Part shown: in pieces, positions 24,711 to 33,823 of the stretch | Position numbering within the stretch: the stretch's first letter is position 1 | How the letters are laid out: each line of letters begins with the position of its first letter | Assembly: GCA_964404565.1 (NCBI GenBank) | Contig: CAYOKK010000002.1 | Span: 1 to 51,980 of the forward strand | Direction of reading: 5' to 3' | DNA: 51,980 nucleotides | DNA from: an uncultured Candidatus Saccharibacteria bacterium | GTDB lineage: Bacteria; Patescibacteriota; Minisyncoccia; Phycocordibacterales; Phycocordibacteraceae | The notes under the pieces: model-generated | The model's database searches: none | The model's input: only the letters and a program-made list of their open reading frames with translations | Told to the model about the DNA's origin: nothing | Translations under genes and position numbers: made by a program

Positions 24711-25592
24711 ATGGAATCACCTATCGCTCCTGCCTCCCCGCGCACCGTCATCCTCTATCACGGCAACTGCCCCGACGGCTTCGGCGGCGCCTATGCAGCC
24801 TGGAAGAAGTTCGGTGATTCGGCGGAGTATATCCCGCTTTTTCGCGATGTCCCACCGCCCGCGCCGGAGTCATTCAGTGATGCGCATCTCTATTTCATAG
24901 ACTTCTCGTACCCTCAGGAACAAATGGATCAGTATGTCGCTAACGCTAATGGAGTGACCGTTCTCGATCATCACGAAGGCGTCGAAGACGTCATTACGAC
25001 TATGCCGGAGTACCGCTATACGAGCGAGCATTCTGGTTCGGTTATCGCCTGGCAGTACTTCCACCCTGAAACGCCGGCACCGCTTCTTCTTCAGTACGTC
25101 GAACAGGGCGACCTTTATAAGTTCGAGATGCCGGAATCGGAAGAGATCCTTTCTTACGTCTACACGCGTCCTCAGGCGTTCCTTGAGTGGGATATGCTCG
25201 CCGCGCAGCTCGAAGACCCGATCCAGCGCGCGCGCATCATCGAGAAGGGCGCGAGCTACGCCGAGCACAAGCAGGTCATCGTCGAGCAGATCATGCGACA
25301 AGCCGAATTGGTCGAATTCGAAGGGCATCGCACGTACCTTGCCTCAACGTCGAAGCAGTTCACGTCTCCCGTGGGAAATTCCCTGGCGAAAAAGCTGCCG
25401 CCGTTGGCGATGGTCGCGAGCGTCCATTCCTGGGGACTCCGCGTCTCCTTGCGTTCGGACAGCGATACCGATGTTTCGGCGCTCGCCCGGAAGTACGGCG
25501 GGAACGGGCATCCGTATGCGGCTGCATTCTCTCTGCGGTGGGGCGATCCGATCCCCTGGAAGCACATACCCAATGAAGATCCTCTCGATTGA
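24711..25592 (+). CDS. DHH/DHHA1-family phosphoesterase
   Basis: 293 aa with HGNCPDGFGGA, FIDFS, VLDHHEG, GSVIAWQYF and the DHHA1-like GGNGHPYAAAF. Confidence 0.75.
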   Translation: MESPIAPASPRTVILYHGNCPDGFGGAYAAWKKFGDSAEYIPLFRDVPPPAPESFSDAHLYFIDFSYPQEQMDQYVANANGVTVLDHHEGVEDVITTMPEYRYTSEHSGSVIAWQYFHPETPAPLLLQYVEQGDLYKFEMPESEEILSYVYTRPQAFLEWDMLAAQLEDPIQRARIIEKGASYAEHKQVIVEQIMRQAELVEFEGHRTYLASTSKQFTSPVGNSLAKKLPPLAMVASVHSWGLRVSLRSDSDTDVSALARKYGGNGHPYAAAFSLRWGDPIPWKHIPNEDPLD

Positions 25593-26802
25593 AACCAGCT
25601 GCGACGAGACCGCCGTTGCGATTCTTGAGGCGCAAGCGGCTGCTACAGACGAAGCGGCGCATAGCGCCGCCGAGTTCCGGATTCTCGGCAACGCGCTCAT
25701 CTCGCAGATAGACATACATAAGGAGTACGGGGGCGTGTACCCGATGATCGCCAAGCGCGAGCACGCGAAGAACCTTGTGCCGCTGTTGGACAGCGCGCTC
25801 TCGCAGGCCGGCATGCGTGCGGAGCAGGACGCATCGCAGGGTACGCCGCTTTCCGAAGAACGGCACGGAGAACTTTCCTCCCTGCTCGAGCGGGAACCGG
25901 AGCTATCGAGTGCGCTCATCGCCTTTCTCTCTCAGACGGAACGTCCCGATATAGATGCCATCGCCGTCACCGCCGGCCCTGGCCTCGAGCCGGCGCTCTG
26001 GGTCGGTGTGAACTTCGCGCGTGCGCTCTCGCTCGTCTGGAACATGCCGGTCATTTCCGTAAACCACATGGAAGGGCACGTGTGCGCCGCGCTCGCAGAG
26101 ATCACAGAGCGCGACGAGACTTCTGGCGCTCCGCGCGCCCTTTCTATCCCTGAAATCTCCCTTCCGCTCCTTTCCCTGCTCATCTCCGGCGGCCATACCG
26201 AACTGGTACTCTCGAAGGAATGGGGCGCATACGAGCTCGTCGGCCAGACGCGTGACGATGCCGTGGGCGAAGCGTTCGATAAAGTCGCGCGCATGCTGGG
26301 CCTGCCGTACCCGGGCGGGCCGGAAATATCCACGCTTGCTGAAAAAGCGCGCGAAAGCGGCCGCGAGAATAGCATTACGCTTCCGCGCCCGATGATCCAC
26401 GACCCGCACTGCGACTTCTCCTTCAGCGGCCTCAAGACCGCCGTGCTGTACCAGGTGAAGGATCGCACGCTTTCGGAGGAAGAGAAGGAAGACATGGCGC
26501 GCGCCTTCGAGGACGCCGCTGCCGACGTCCTGTACGCGAAGACGGCGCGCGCGCTCGAAGAAACCAACGCTCAAACACTCGCGCTCGGCGGCGGTGTCTC
26601 TGCGAATACGCATATACAACGAACGTTCCGTGAGCGCCTCGCGCAGGATTTCCCGCACGTACGTCTTGCCATTCCTGCGCCTGTCCTCACTACCGACAAC
26701 GCCCTCATGATAGGCCTCGCCGGTTTTTATCATGCCCAGAAGCAAGACTTCGCCGACCCAGCAACGCTGCGCGCTGATGGAAACCGGAAGCTGCGGTCAT
26801 AG
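25573..26802 (+). CDS. tsaD: tRNA N6-adenosine threonylcarbamoyltransferase TsaD (Kae1/Qri7 family)
   Basis: Internal ATG at 25573: MKILSIETSCDETAVAIL..., GGVSANTHIQ. 409 aa, with insertions relative to my recollection of typical TsaD. It overlaps the DHH gene by 20 nt. Confidence 0.9.
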   Translation: MKILSIETSCDETAVAILEAQAAATDEAAHSAAEFRILGNALISQIDIHKEYGGVYPMIAKREHAKNLVPLLDSALSQAGMRAEQDASQGTPLSEERHGELSSLLEREPELSSALIAFLSQTERPDIDAIAVTAGPGLEPALWVGVNFARALSLVWNMPVISVNHMEGHVCAALAEITERDETSGAPRALSIPEISLPLLSLLISGGHTELVLSKEWGAYELVGQTRDDAVGEAFDKVARMLGLPYPGGPEISTLAEKARESGRENSITLPRPMIHDPHCDFSFSGLKTAVLYQVKDRTLSEEEKEDMARAFEDAAADVLYAKTARALEETNAQTLALGGGVSANTHIQRTFRERLAQDFPHVRLAIPAPVLTTDNALMIGLAGFYHAQKQDFADPATLRADGNRKLRS

Positions 26803-26808
26803 AATAAG

Positions 26809-26832
26809 ACCGCGCAAAATAGCGCGGTTTTT
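26809..26832 (+). terminator. Rho-independent terminator
   Basis: ACCGCGC-aaaata-GCGCGGTTTTT. Confidence 0.65.
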
Positions 26833-26848
26833 GCTATATTCAAACTAA

Positions 26849-29095
26849 ATGGACGAGAAATTCCTGAAACCGTACGACCCAGCCGCAACGGAGGGTCGCA
26901 TATACGAGGCGTGGGAGAAGAGCGGGTTTTTCAATCCCGATTCCCTGCCGAAGGAGCTCACGGCCGAGAACGGCCAGCCCTTCAGCATCATGATGCCGCC
27001 GCCGAACGCGACCGGCGTTCTTCACATGGGCCATGCGCTCGGCCTCACCGTCCAAGACGTGCTCACCCGCTTCAAGCGCATGAAAGGCTTCACGGCGCTC
27101 TGGCTTCCAGGAACCGACCATGCCGCCATCGCGACGCAGTCGAAGGTGGAGAAAGAGATCCAGAAGAAGGAGGGTAAGAGCCGCCACGACTTGGGTCGAG
27201 AAGAGATGCTCGCGCGCATCGAGCGGTACGTGGAAGAATCCCGCGACACTATCCGTTCCCAGATCCGCGCCATGGGTGCCTCCTGCGACTGGTCGCGCGA
27301 GGCATTCACCCTCGATGAGAAGCGTAATCACGCCGTGAACGTGCTCTTCAAGCGCATGCACGATGCCGGTCTCATCTATCGCGGCAACCGCATCGTGAAC
27401 TGGGATCCGAAGGGGCAAACCACCATCTCGGACGACGAGATCGTATACGAAGAGCGCAAAGCGACCCTTACCACCTTCAAATACAGCAAAGATTTCCCCA
27501 TCGCCATTTCCACCACGCGCCTTGAGACGAAGGTGGGCGACACGGCCGTTGCGGTGCATCCGGACGATGCACGGTACAAGGAATTCGTCGGCAAAGAGTA
27601 CGACGCCGTCTTCTGCGACGTGCCGCTCCATATCAAGATTGTCGCCGACGAGAGCGTAGACCCCGCCTTCGGCACGGGCGCGCTCGGCGTGACGCCGGCG
27701 CATTCGCAGATCGACTGGGAGATTGCCGACCATCATGACCTTCCCCGCCCGCAGGTCATAAACGAGTACGCGAAAATGACGGTGGAAGGGCGTCTTTCAG
27801 GACTCAAGGTGAACGATGCGCGCGCTGCCGTGCACGCGTGGCTCGAAGAAGAAGGACTCATCGAAAAGGATGAGGAGATACCGCAGAACGTCTCTACCGC
27901 AGAACGCACCGGCGGCATCATCGAGCCGCTGCCGAAGCTGCAGTGGTTCGTGGACGTGGAGAAGCCGTTTACGCTCGAACACTCCGAGATTCCAGGAATA
28001 GCCTCAGGCGCTACGACTACGCTCAAGGACATCATGCGCGCCGGCGTCGAGCATGCAGCCATCCGCATCCTTCCGCAACACCTCGAAAAAACCTATAACC
28101 ACTGGATAGACAACCTGCACCCGTGGTGCATCAGTCGGCAGATCTGGTACGGGCACCGGGTTCCTGTGTGGTACCGCGCAAACGGAGGTGAGGACGAGAT
28201 TGCCGTGGGAGAGGCACCAGAAGGCGACGGCTGGACGCAGGACGAAGACACGCTTGATACCTGGTTCTCTTCCGGTTCATGGACCTTCTCGACGCTCGGC
28301 TGGCCGGAGATGACGGACGACCTCATGCGTTTCCACCCAACGGACGTCATTGAGACCGGCTACGATATCCTCTTCTTTTGGATCGCCCGCATGATCCTCA
28401 TGTCAGGCTTCGCGCTCGGGCAGATTCCCTTCCGCACGGTGTACCTGCACGGCATCGTGCGCGACGCGCAAGGCCGCAAGTTCTCGAAGTCGCTCGGCAA
28501 CGGCATCGATCCGATAGACGTGGTAGAGAAGTTCGGCGCAGATGCCGCACGCATGGCGCTCATCGTGGGAAATACGCCGGGAACGGACACGCGTCTTGAT
28601 GAAAATAAGATCAAGGGCTACAAGAACTTCGCGAACAAGCTTTGGAACATCACGCGCTTTATCCTGGAGAACACGACTGACGAGGCGGGCGCTCCGGCAG
28701 CTGCGGGTGCGCCGCTCACCGCAGGCGACCAGGAGATGCGCAGCGAACTCGATGCGCTCACCGCGGACATCACGAAGGACATGGACGAGTACCGTATCTA
28801 CCTCGCTGCGGAGAAGATATACCACTACGTATGGGACCGCCTCGCTGCGGAGATCCTTGAGGACTCGAAGAAGGTGTTTGCCGCAGAAGAAACAAAGGTA
28901 AATGACGCTGCGAAAGCCTCGCGCAAGGCGCTGCTGCGCTCGCTCCTACGTGACGTGCTGAAGCTGCTCCATTCCTTCATGCCGTTCGTAACTGAGGAAA
29001 TCTGGCAGTCTTTGCCGGAGACTCAGGGTATGCTTATGGTAGCGCCGTGGCCAGGGTCTTCTGCCGCGCGCGATATCGCGCATGCACCTTCTTGA
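26849..29095 (+). CDS. valS: Valine--tRNA ligase (short form without the long C-terminal coiled coil)
   Basis: 748 aa with PPPNATGVLHMGHAL, WCISRQIWYGHRVPVW and KFSKSLGN (KMSKS). Confidence 0.93.
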   Translation: MDEKFLKPYDPAATEGRIYEAWEKSGFFNPDSLPKELTAENGQPFSIMMPPPNATGVLHMGHALGLTVQDVLTRFKRMKGFTALWLPGTDHAAIATQSKVEKEIQKKEGKSRHDLGREEMLARIERYVEESRDTIRSQIRAMGASCDWSREAFTLDEKRNHAVNVLFKRMHDAGLIYRGNRIVNWDPKGQTTISDDEIVYEERKATLTTFKYSKDFPIAISTTRLETKVGDTAVAVHPDDARYKEFVGKEYDAVFCDVPLHIKIVADESVDPAFGTGALGVTPAHSQIDWEIADHHDLPRPQVINEYAKMTVEGRLSGLKVNDARAAVHAWLEEEGLIEKDEEIPQNVSTAERTGGIIEPLPKLQWFVDVEKPFTLEHSEIPGIASGATTTLKDIMRAGVEHAAIRILPQHLEKTYNHWIDNLHPWCISRQIWYGHRVPVWYRANGGEDEIAVGEAPEGDGWTQDEDTLDTWFSSGSWTFSTLGWPEMTDDLMRFHPTDVIETGYDILFFWIARMILMSGFALGQIPFRTVYLHGIVRDAQGRKFSKSLGNGIDPIDVVEKFGADAARMALIVGNTPGTDTRLDENKIKGYKNFANKLWNITRFILENTTDEAGAPAAAGAPLTAGDQEMRSELDALTADITKDMDEYRIYLAAEKIYHYVWDRLAAEILEDSKKVFAAEETKVNDAAKASRKALLRSLLRDVLKLLHSFMPFVTEEIWQSLPETQGMLMVAPWPGSSAARDIAHAPS

Positions 29096-29840
29096 TTCAT
29101 CGACCTTCGCGACCATCGTCTATTCGTTCGTCGGCGGGCTCCTGCCCGCCTTGGTTTGGCTCTACTTCCTCCTGAAGGAAGACTATCGCCACCCAGAGCC
29201 GCGCTCCGTGCTTCTGATGGCCTTTCTGGCCGGTATGGTCGCCGTGCCGCTTGCCGTGCCGCTTGAATCGATACTCCGCCAGTACGCATACGGCGCATTC
29301 GCCTCATGTTCGCCCTACCTGCCGCTCTGCCTCCCTATCATCACGGCATGGGCGGTTATCGAGGAGGTGCTGAAGTACGGCCTGTGCGCCGCCTTCGTGC
29401 TCTGGCGCACGGATGTGGACGAGCCTATCGACCTGGTCATCTACATGCTCACCGCAGCGCTCGGATTCGCTGCGCTCGAGAATGCGCTCTTCCTCTTCGA
29501 GCCTATCGCCGCACGCCACTTCCTCGCTGCGCTCGCTACCGACAACCTGCGCTTCGTAGGGTCGACCTTGCTGCATATCATCGCATCGAGCGTCATCGGA
29601 TTCGCGCTCGCGCTCGCGCATACGGCGCCGCGCTACGCGCGCGCCTTCATCTCTGCCTGCGGACTTATCCTCGCCATTTCATTGCATGCGACCTTTAATT
29701 TCCTTATAATTCCGAGAGGCGACACGCATAGCATCCTGGGCGCGTTCCTGTTCGTCTGGTGCGGTGCCGTCATCTTCTTCGGGCTTTTCGAACTATTAAA
29801 ATACTTCGAGTATCGTGCGCCGAGCGCACCCTACGCGTAG
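29082..29840 (+). CDS. prsW: PrsW-family intramembrane metalloprotease
   Basis: 252 aa, multi-TM, with EEVLKYG, GFAALENALF, HIIASSVIGFALA. It overlaps valS by 14 nt. Confidence 0.8.
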   Translation: MHLLDSSTFATIVYSFVGGLLPALVWLYFLLKEDYRHPEPRSVLLMAFLAGMVAVPLAVPLESILRQYAYGAFASCSPYLPLCLPIITAWAVIEEVLKYGLCAAFVLWRTDVDEPIDLVIYMLTAALGFAALENALFLFEPIAARHFLAALATDNLRFVGSTLLHIIASSVIGFALALAHTAPRYARAFISACGLILAISLHATFNFLIIPRGDTHSILGAFLFVWCGAVIFFGLFELLKYFEYRAPSAPYA

Positions 29841-29855
29841 CACACTTATTCCACC

Positions 29856-30374
29856 ATGAAAAAACGCTCCTTCTTCGAACGCCTCTCAGGCTCCGTTCCC
29901 GTAAGCGACGATTACGACGCGTTCGAGGACGAGACGCCGCTCACGCGCCGCCAGCCAGCCGTTCCTGCGCCAGCGCACCCGTCGATCCATATAGAGAACG
30001 ATGCTGCGCCGCACACCTCGTTCCCTCTCCAGGACGATGAGCCGGAGGGACAGCTTCCCGTGGACGTATACCAGACCCCGAGCGAGATCGTAGTGCGCAC
30101 GTTCATCGCCGGCGTCCGCCCCGACGAGATAAACCTTTCCATAAGCCGCGACATGATCGTTATCGAAGGCGCGCGTGCAGAGCGCGAATCGATAGCCGAC
30201 TCAGAGTACTTCAACCGCGAACTCTTCTGGGGTTCGTTTTCCCGTACCATACTCCTCCCCCAGGAAATCGACGTAGAGAACGCATCAGCGACCGCCAAGG
30301 ACGGCCTTCTCACCCTCATCCTGCCGAAACTCGACAAGGCGAAGCAGACGAAGCTGCGCGTAAAAGCTGGCTAG
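29856..30374 (+). CDS. Hsp20/alpha-crystallin family small heat-shock protein
   Basis: 172 aa with an alpha-crystallin domain: PVDVYQTPSEIVVRTFIAGVRPDEINLSI...FSRTILLPQEIDVENASATAKDGLLTLILPK. Confidence 0.88.
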   Translation: MKKRSFFERLSGSVPVSDDYDAFEDETPLTRRQPAVPAPAHPSIHIENDAAPHTSFPLQDDEPEGQLPVDVYQTPSEIVVRTFIAGVRPDEINLSISRDMIVIEGARAERESIADSEYFNRELFWGSFSRTILLPQEIDVENASATAKDGLLTLILPKLDKAKQTKLRVKAG

Positions 30375-31468
30375 AGGGCCTCACTTTTAAGTACAGGCTC
30401 TTGCGTGACGTTGACGACGTTGAAGCGAAAGGCGCCGATAGTCTGTCCGCTAGCGGTCTGCACCAGCACTCGCCACTCTCCCGGTTCCGGGTCGCCCTTC
30501 AAGGAATAGCCGCGGTATCCGCCTGAACGTCCTCCTGAAAGCGTGAATGCCACCGTCGACTTTGTAATCCATGAATCAGTTTCTTCATCGTACTCTTGCC
30601 AGACGTGCACGACGCCTGCAGTGAAGCCTCCAGGGGCGAATACCGCGCTGTACGCGTAGAGGGGCGTACCTGGGAGATGGTGCACTATCTGCGGGCGCGG
30701 ATCCCACCATGCGCGTGCCGGCTCGCCTTCTACGACGTATGCTGCTCCCGTATGGGTGATCTCTTGATATATGCCGCCATCCTTGAGCGTAAGCGGGATA
30801 GGCGGAAGCAATCCGGCGAGATACGAGCCGACGACCGCTGCGGTAATGAGCGCGATACTGCCGATGATTCCGGCGAGCGCGTTCGCAAGCCGTCTGCGAT
30901 CTACCCACGCAAGCACGAGCACATAGAGCATGAAAGCCGCGAGGGCAAGCGCCGTACTGCCGAGGAATATGCCCGTTCCGAGCCGATCGAGGTAGAGCGG
31001 AAGGGCGAATATGGCGAACGCATAGAGCGAGAAGTACACGAGAATCGTCTGAAAGATGAGCTGCTCGCGGTAGTTGCGGAACAGTTCGTTCCCAAAAAAG
31101 ACAAGTCCGATCAAGATAATGAACGGCCACGAAATAGAGAGGACGGCGCTCTTGGCGTAGAAAATCAGGAATCCCGAAAGGATGCTGCCGAACGTGAACT
31201 GGGCGAGGAGCGGCGCGAGCACGGAAAGCGGCCGGCTTAGCGCGCCTTGCTTTCCGTACGTACCGTGCGCAATGACGGTCGCGACCAAGACGAATCCTAG
31301 GTATGCTGCGAACAGGAGCGTAACTGCCGGCAGATCGAGAAAGCCGAACGTAAGAAGGTCGCCGACGAAGCCCGAAATAAAAAGGACTGTCGCAAGCGGG
31401 CGCTCATAGCTTCGTAAGAAGGAAAGCACAGCTTCGTATGAACGGGAAAGCATACTGATATAGTACAT
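30371..31468 (-). CDS. Polytopic membrane protein with a C-terminal DUF2914-like domain
   Basis: 365 aa, about 8 TM helices. The C-terminus (LYAYSAVFAPGGFTAGVVHVWQEYDEETDSWITKSTVAFTLSGGRSGGYRGYSLKGDPEPGEWRVLVQTASGQTIGAFRFNV) matches my recollection of the DUF2914 pattern. Confidence 0.65.
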   Translation of the reverse strand: MYYISMLSRSYEAVLSFLRSYERPLATVLFISGFVGDLLTFGFLDLPAVTLLFAAYLGFVLVATVIAHGTYGKQGALSRPLSVLAPLLAQFTFGSILSGFLIFYAKSAVLSISWPFIILIGLVFFGNELFRNYREQLIFQTILVYFSLYAFAIFALPLYLDRLGTGIFLGSTALALAAFMLYVLVLAWVDRRRLANALAGIIGSIALITAAVVGSYLAGLLPPIPLTLKDGGIYQEITHTGAAYVVEGEPARAWWDPRPQIVHHLPGTPLYAYSAVFAPGGFTAGVVHVWQEYDEETDSWITKSTVAFTLSGGRSGGYRGYSLKGDPEPGEWRVLVQTASGQTIGAFRFNVVNVTQEPVLKSEAL

Positions 31469-31477
31469 GACTGCGCA

Positions 31478-31510
31478 AGAACAGCCGCGACCTTCGGTCG
31501 CGGCTGTTCT
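31478..31510 (-). terminator. Hairpin downstream of tRNA-Phe
   Basis: AGAACAGCCGCGACC-ttc-GGTCGCGGCTGTTCT, a 15-bp stem. Confidence 0.55.
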
Positions 31511-31516
31511 TTCAGG

Positions 31517-31589
31517 TGCTTGGGGCCGGGGTCGAACCGGCGACCCTTCCCTCTTCAGGGGAATGCTCTACCAACTGAGCTACCCAAGC
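31517..31589 (-). tRNA. tRNA-Phe (anticodon GAA)
   Basis: Hand-folded: GCTTGGG-TA-GCTC-AGTTGGTA-GAGC-A-TTCCC-CTGAAGA-GGGAA-GGGTC-GCCGG-TTCGACC-CCGGC-CCCAAGC-A. Confidence 0.9.
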
Positions 31590-31655
31590 AGTTGCGCACA
31601 GACGGGTTCTCTCCCGAGCAAGAATATACTAGCACATCTATAGGTTTTCTCCAGC

Positions 31656-31973
31656 CTAATTCGCTCCCGCAGGCGTACCAGAAGCCTGGTACGCGCGTAT
31701 GAGCTCCTGTATCTGGTCGAGCGATGGAAGGCCGAGAAAGCTGCCAGAATCGCCTCCTGCGTATGTAGCGGGGATGAGCGCATGAATGACTGGGCCGAGG
31801 ACAAGGAAGGGCAGTATGAGCACGATGAGCCAGATGAGGATCCTGCCCCAGAAGGACCAGCGCGCGGCGCGCTGAATCTGGCGGAGCGTACGGCCATTTT
31901 CCTCCACTGCATCCTGAAGGTCTTGGAGCATGAGCTCCATCCGGGCGAGAGTCTGTGCGTGCGGGTCATCCAT
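31656..31973 (-). CDS. Small single-pass membrane protein (hypothetical)
   Basis: 105 aa with an N-terminal coiled-coil-like segment, then a TM helix WSFWGRILIWLIVLILPFLVLGPVI. I preferred this frame over the overlapping 31580-31969 frame. Confidence 0.5.
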   Translation of the reverse strand: MDDPHAQTLARMELMLQDLQDAVEENGRTLRQIQRAARWSFWGRILIWLIVLILPFLVLGPVIHALIPATYAGGDSGSFLGLPSLDQIQELIRAYQASGTPAGAN

Positions 31974-31994
31974 ATACTTACTACAGGTTAAAGA

Positions 31995-32768
31995 CTATGC
32001 GTCTGCAAGGCACGCGGAAAGCTCGGCAGTCTGCGTCCATCCGCATGCGCCGTCTGCCTGGCGTTCGCAGGTCGCCTTCCGATAGCAGGCGAACTCCGGC
32101 TTATATATACAGGGAGAAGCTTGCGTCGGGTTGTCTGTGCACAGCTCGCTCGAGCACCCGCCCACATAGCACTGATCGCTGGAAGCGCTCCCGCTCCCCT
32201 CCGCCGGTTCTACGACGAACGCAAGCCGATACGCGCTCTCTGCCGGCGCGTTGTCGCGCATGCGTGCGGGTTCTACGGAAGCAAAGATGATCGTATCGCC
32301 ACCGACGGTGATGCGGTCGTTCAGCGAGATTGTTCTTATATCGGTCGTTTCTCCTGTATTTGTCTTCAGCGAGATGCGCACGGTACCTGCCTGAATGCAC
32401 TGAACGTCTATCGGGCACCGGCTATCCTGCATGAGCGTAAGCGGGCGGATCGAGAGTCCATCCTTGAACCCAGCTGCCTGGCCGAACGAGAGGGTTACCG
32501 TGCCGTACGGATAGTAGTTTGCCGGCTCTGAAGAGTCCCAGGATGCGTGACCGGCTCCCGCGCTTCCCGATGCAGAACCAACAGAGTCAGGAGACAGTGC
32601 GGGAGTCTCCGCCGACACCGTCGTCGTGCCTGTAGTAGAGGTGCTCGTCACTGCCTGCGGCGTACGTATAGGCATTATTTCATCCTTCTGCGTCAGGATG
32701 AGACCGAGCGCGATAACAAGCACCAAGCCCAGGACTATGCCCGGGAATATGAGTTCTTTCTTGTCCAT
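31995..32768 (-). CDS. Membrane-anchored extracytoplasmic protein with a C-terminal eight-cysteine domain
   Basis: 257 aa. TM anchor LIFPGIVLGLVLVIALGLIL, a Ser/Thr-rich linker, a DSRCPIDVQCIQAG-containing domain, and a C-terminal CYVGGCSSELC...CIYKPEFACYRKATCERQADGACGW...C with 8 Cys. Confidence 0.65.
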   Translation of the reverse strand: MDKKELIFPGIVLGLVLVIALGLILTQKDEIMPIRTPQAVTSTSTTGTTTVSAETPALSPDSVGSASGSAGAGHASWDSSEPANYYPYGTVTLSFGQAAGFKDGLSIRPLTLMQDSRCPIDVQCIQAGTVRISLKTNTGETTDIRTISLNDRITVGGDTIIFASVEPARMRDNAPAESAYRLAFVVEPAEGSGSASSDQCYVGGCSSELCTDNPTQASPCIYKPEFACYRKATCERQADGACGWTQTAELSACLADA

Positions 32769-32794
32769 ATGCCTAAGTATACCCTGTATCTTTG

Positions 32795-32866
32795 TGCCCT
32801 CGCCAGGAGTCGGACCTGGATTGCCGCGTTAGGAGTGCGGAGTTCTATCCATTGAACTACGAGGGC
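32795..32866 (-). tRNA. tRNA-Arg (anticodon CCU) with an atypical T-loop
   Basis: Hand-folded: GCCCTCG-TA-GTTC-AATGGATA-GAAC-T-CCGCA-CTCCTAA-CGCGG-CAAT-CCAGG-TCCGACT-CCTGG-CGAGGGC-A. There is an A.C mismatch at the base of the anticodon stem, and the T-loop reads TCCGACT (C where U55 is expected). Confidence 0.7.
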
Positions 32867-32884
32867 AATATGTCGAGGGTAGCA

Positions 32885-32919
32885 CAGAACGGCCGGCCCT
32901 TGCAGGGCCGGCCGTTCTG
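32885..32919 (-). terminator. Hairpin downstream of the glutaredoxin-like gene
   Basis: CAGAACGGCCGGCCCT-tgc-AGGGCCGGCCGTTCTG, a 16-bp perfect stem with no clear U-tract. Confidence 0.5.
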
Positions 32920-32941
32920 ACATAGAAGCTGGCAGGTAGTA

Positions 32942-33184
32942 TTACTCCGAAATCCCCACCAGTGAGGCGAGGCGCTCCTTATCGAAGCCGACGATGACCT
33001 CTCCGTCGATATCGAAGACTGGAACCGCCATGCCGCCGCTCTTCTCTGCCATTTCGGCGCGCTTTTCGAGGTCGGTCTGGACATCATAATCCGTAAAAGC
33101 GACGTTGTTCTCCGTAAACCAGTCCTTCGCCATGTGGCAGAAGTGGCAGGTCGGTGTGCTGTAAATAGTGATGTTCTTGGCCAT
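32942..33184 (-). CDS. Glutaredoxin/NrdH-like small redox protein
   Basis: Internal ATG at 33182-33184: MAKNITIYSTPTCHFCHMAKDWF...VPVFDIDGEVIVGFD. 80 aa with a CxxC motif CHFC. Confidence 0.8.
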   Translation of the reverse strand: MAKNITIYSTPTCHFCHMAKDWFTENNVAFTDYDVQTDLEKRAEMAEKSGGMAVPVFDIDGEVIVGFDKERLASLVGISE

Positions 33185-33250
33185 GGTGCTTTTGATTAGT
33201 ATCCGTAGTATATCATTTTCAGTTATCCCCACCATGAACAGGCCTGCTTT

Positions 33251-33823
33251 CTAATGAAGCTTCTGACCATCAGCCATCATCGTGAGCATGGCATGCATTC
33301 GCCGCTGGCGTGTCTCTGGTTTTTTAGCAGTAGCCAGTCGCCACGCAATCGCGTATCGGTTAGCTTTGTTGAGCGTCTTGTAAAAGGCTTCAGCCTTGGG
33401 GTCTTTCGCTAATTCGCGCAGAAAGTCAGCAGGAACGGCCATATTCTTGGACGAGTCGTAGGCATCTTCCCAGCGGCCGTTCTTTTTGGCCGCTTCGATC
33501 TGCTTGAGACCGGCGGGCTGCATCTTATGCTCCTTTGCAAGCCTAGCGGCGATTCCACGGTTACGCTTCGACCAAATGCTGCGCGGACCGCGCGGCGTGT
33601 ACTTGACCAGATAATACATATCATCAAACTTCTTGAGCTGCCCATCGATCCAGCCGTAGCACAGCGCGACTTCAAGCGCCTCTTGCGGCGAAACCGACGC
33701 AATGCCGTTGCCTTTCTTGGCAAGCTTCAGCCAGATACCCCTAGAACCTGAATAATTTTCAGTCAGCCACTTTTCCCATTCTTTCGCTGAAGCGAACGTG
33801 ATACGCGACAGATCGTCAGGCAT
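33251..33823 (-). CDS. YdeI/OmpD-associated (OmdA) family protein
   Basis: 190 aa. WEKWLTENYSGSRGIWLKLAKKG...EALEVALCYGWIDGQ...YTPRGPRSIWSKRN plus a C-terminal RYAIAWRLATAKKPETRQRRM. Confidence 0.75.
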   Translation of the reverse strand: MPDDLSRITFASAKEWEKWLTENYSGSRGIWLKLAKKGNGIASVSPQEALEVALCYGWIDGQLKKFDDMYYLVKYTPRGPRSIWSKRNRGIAARLAKEHKMQPAGLKQIEAAKKNGRWEDAYDSSKNMAVPADFLRELAKDPKAEAFYKTLNKANRYAIAWRLATAKKPETRQRRMHAMLTMMADGQKLH

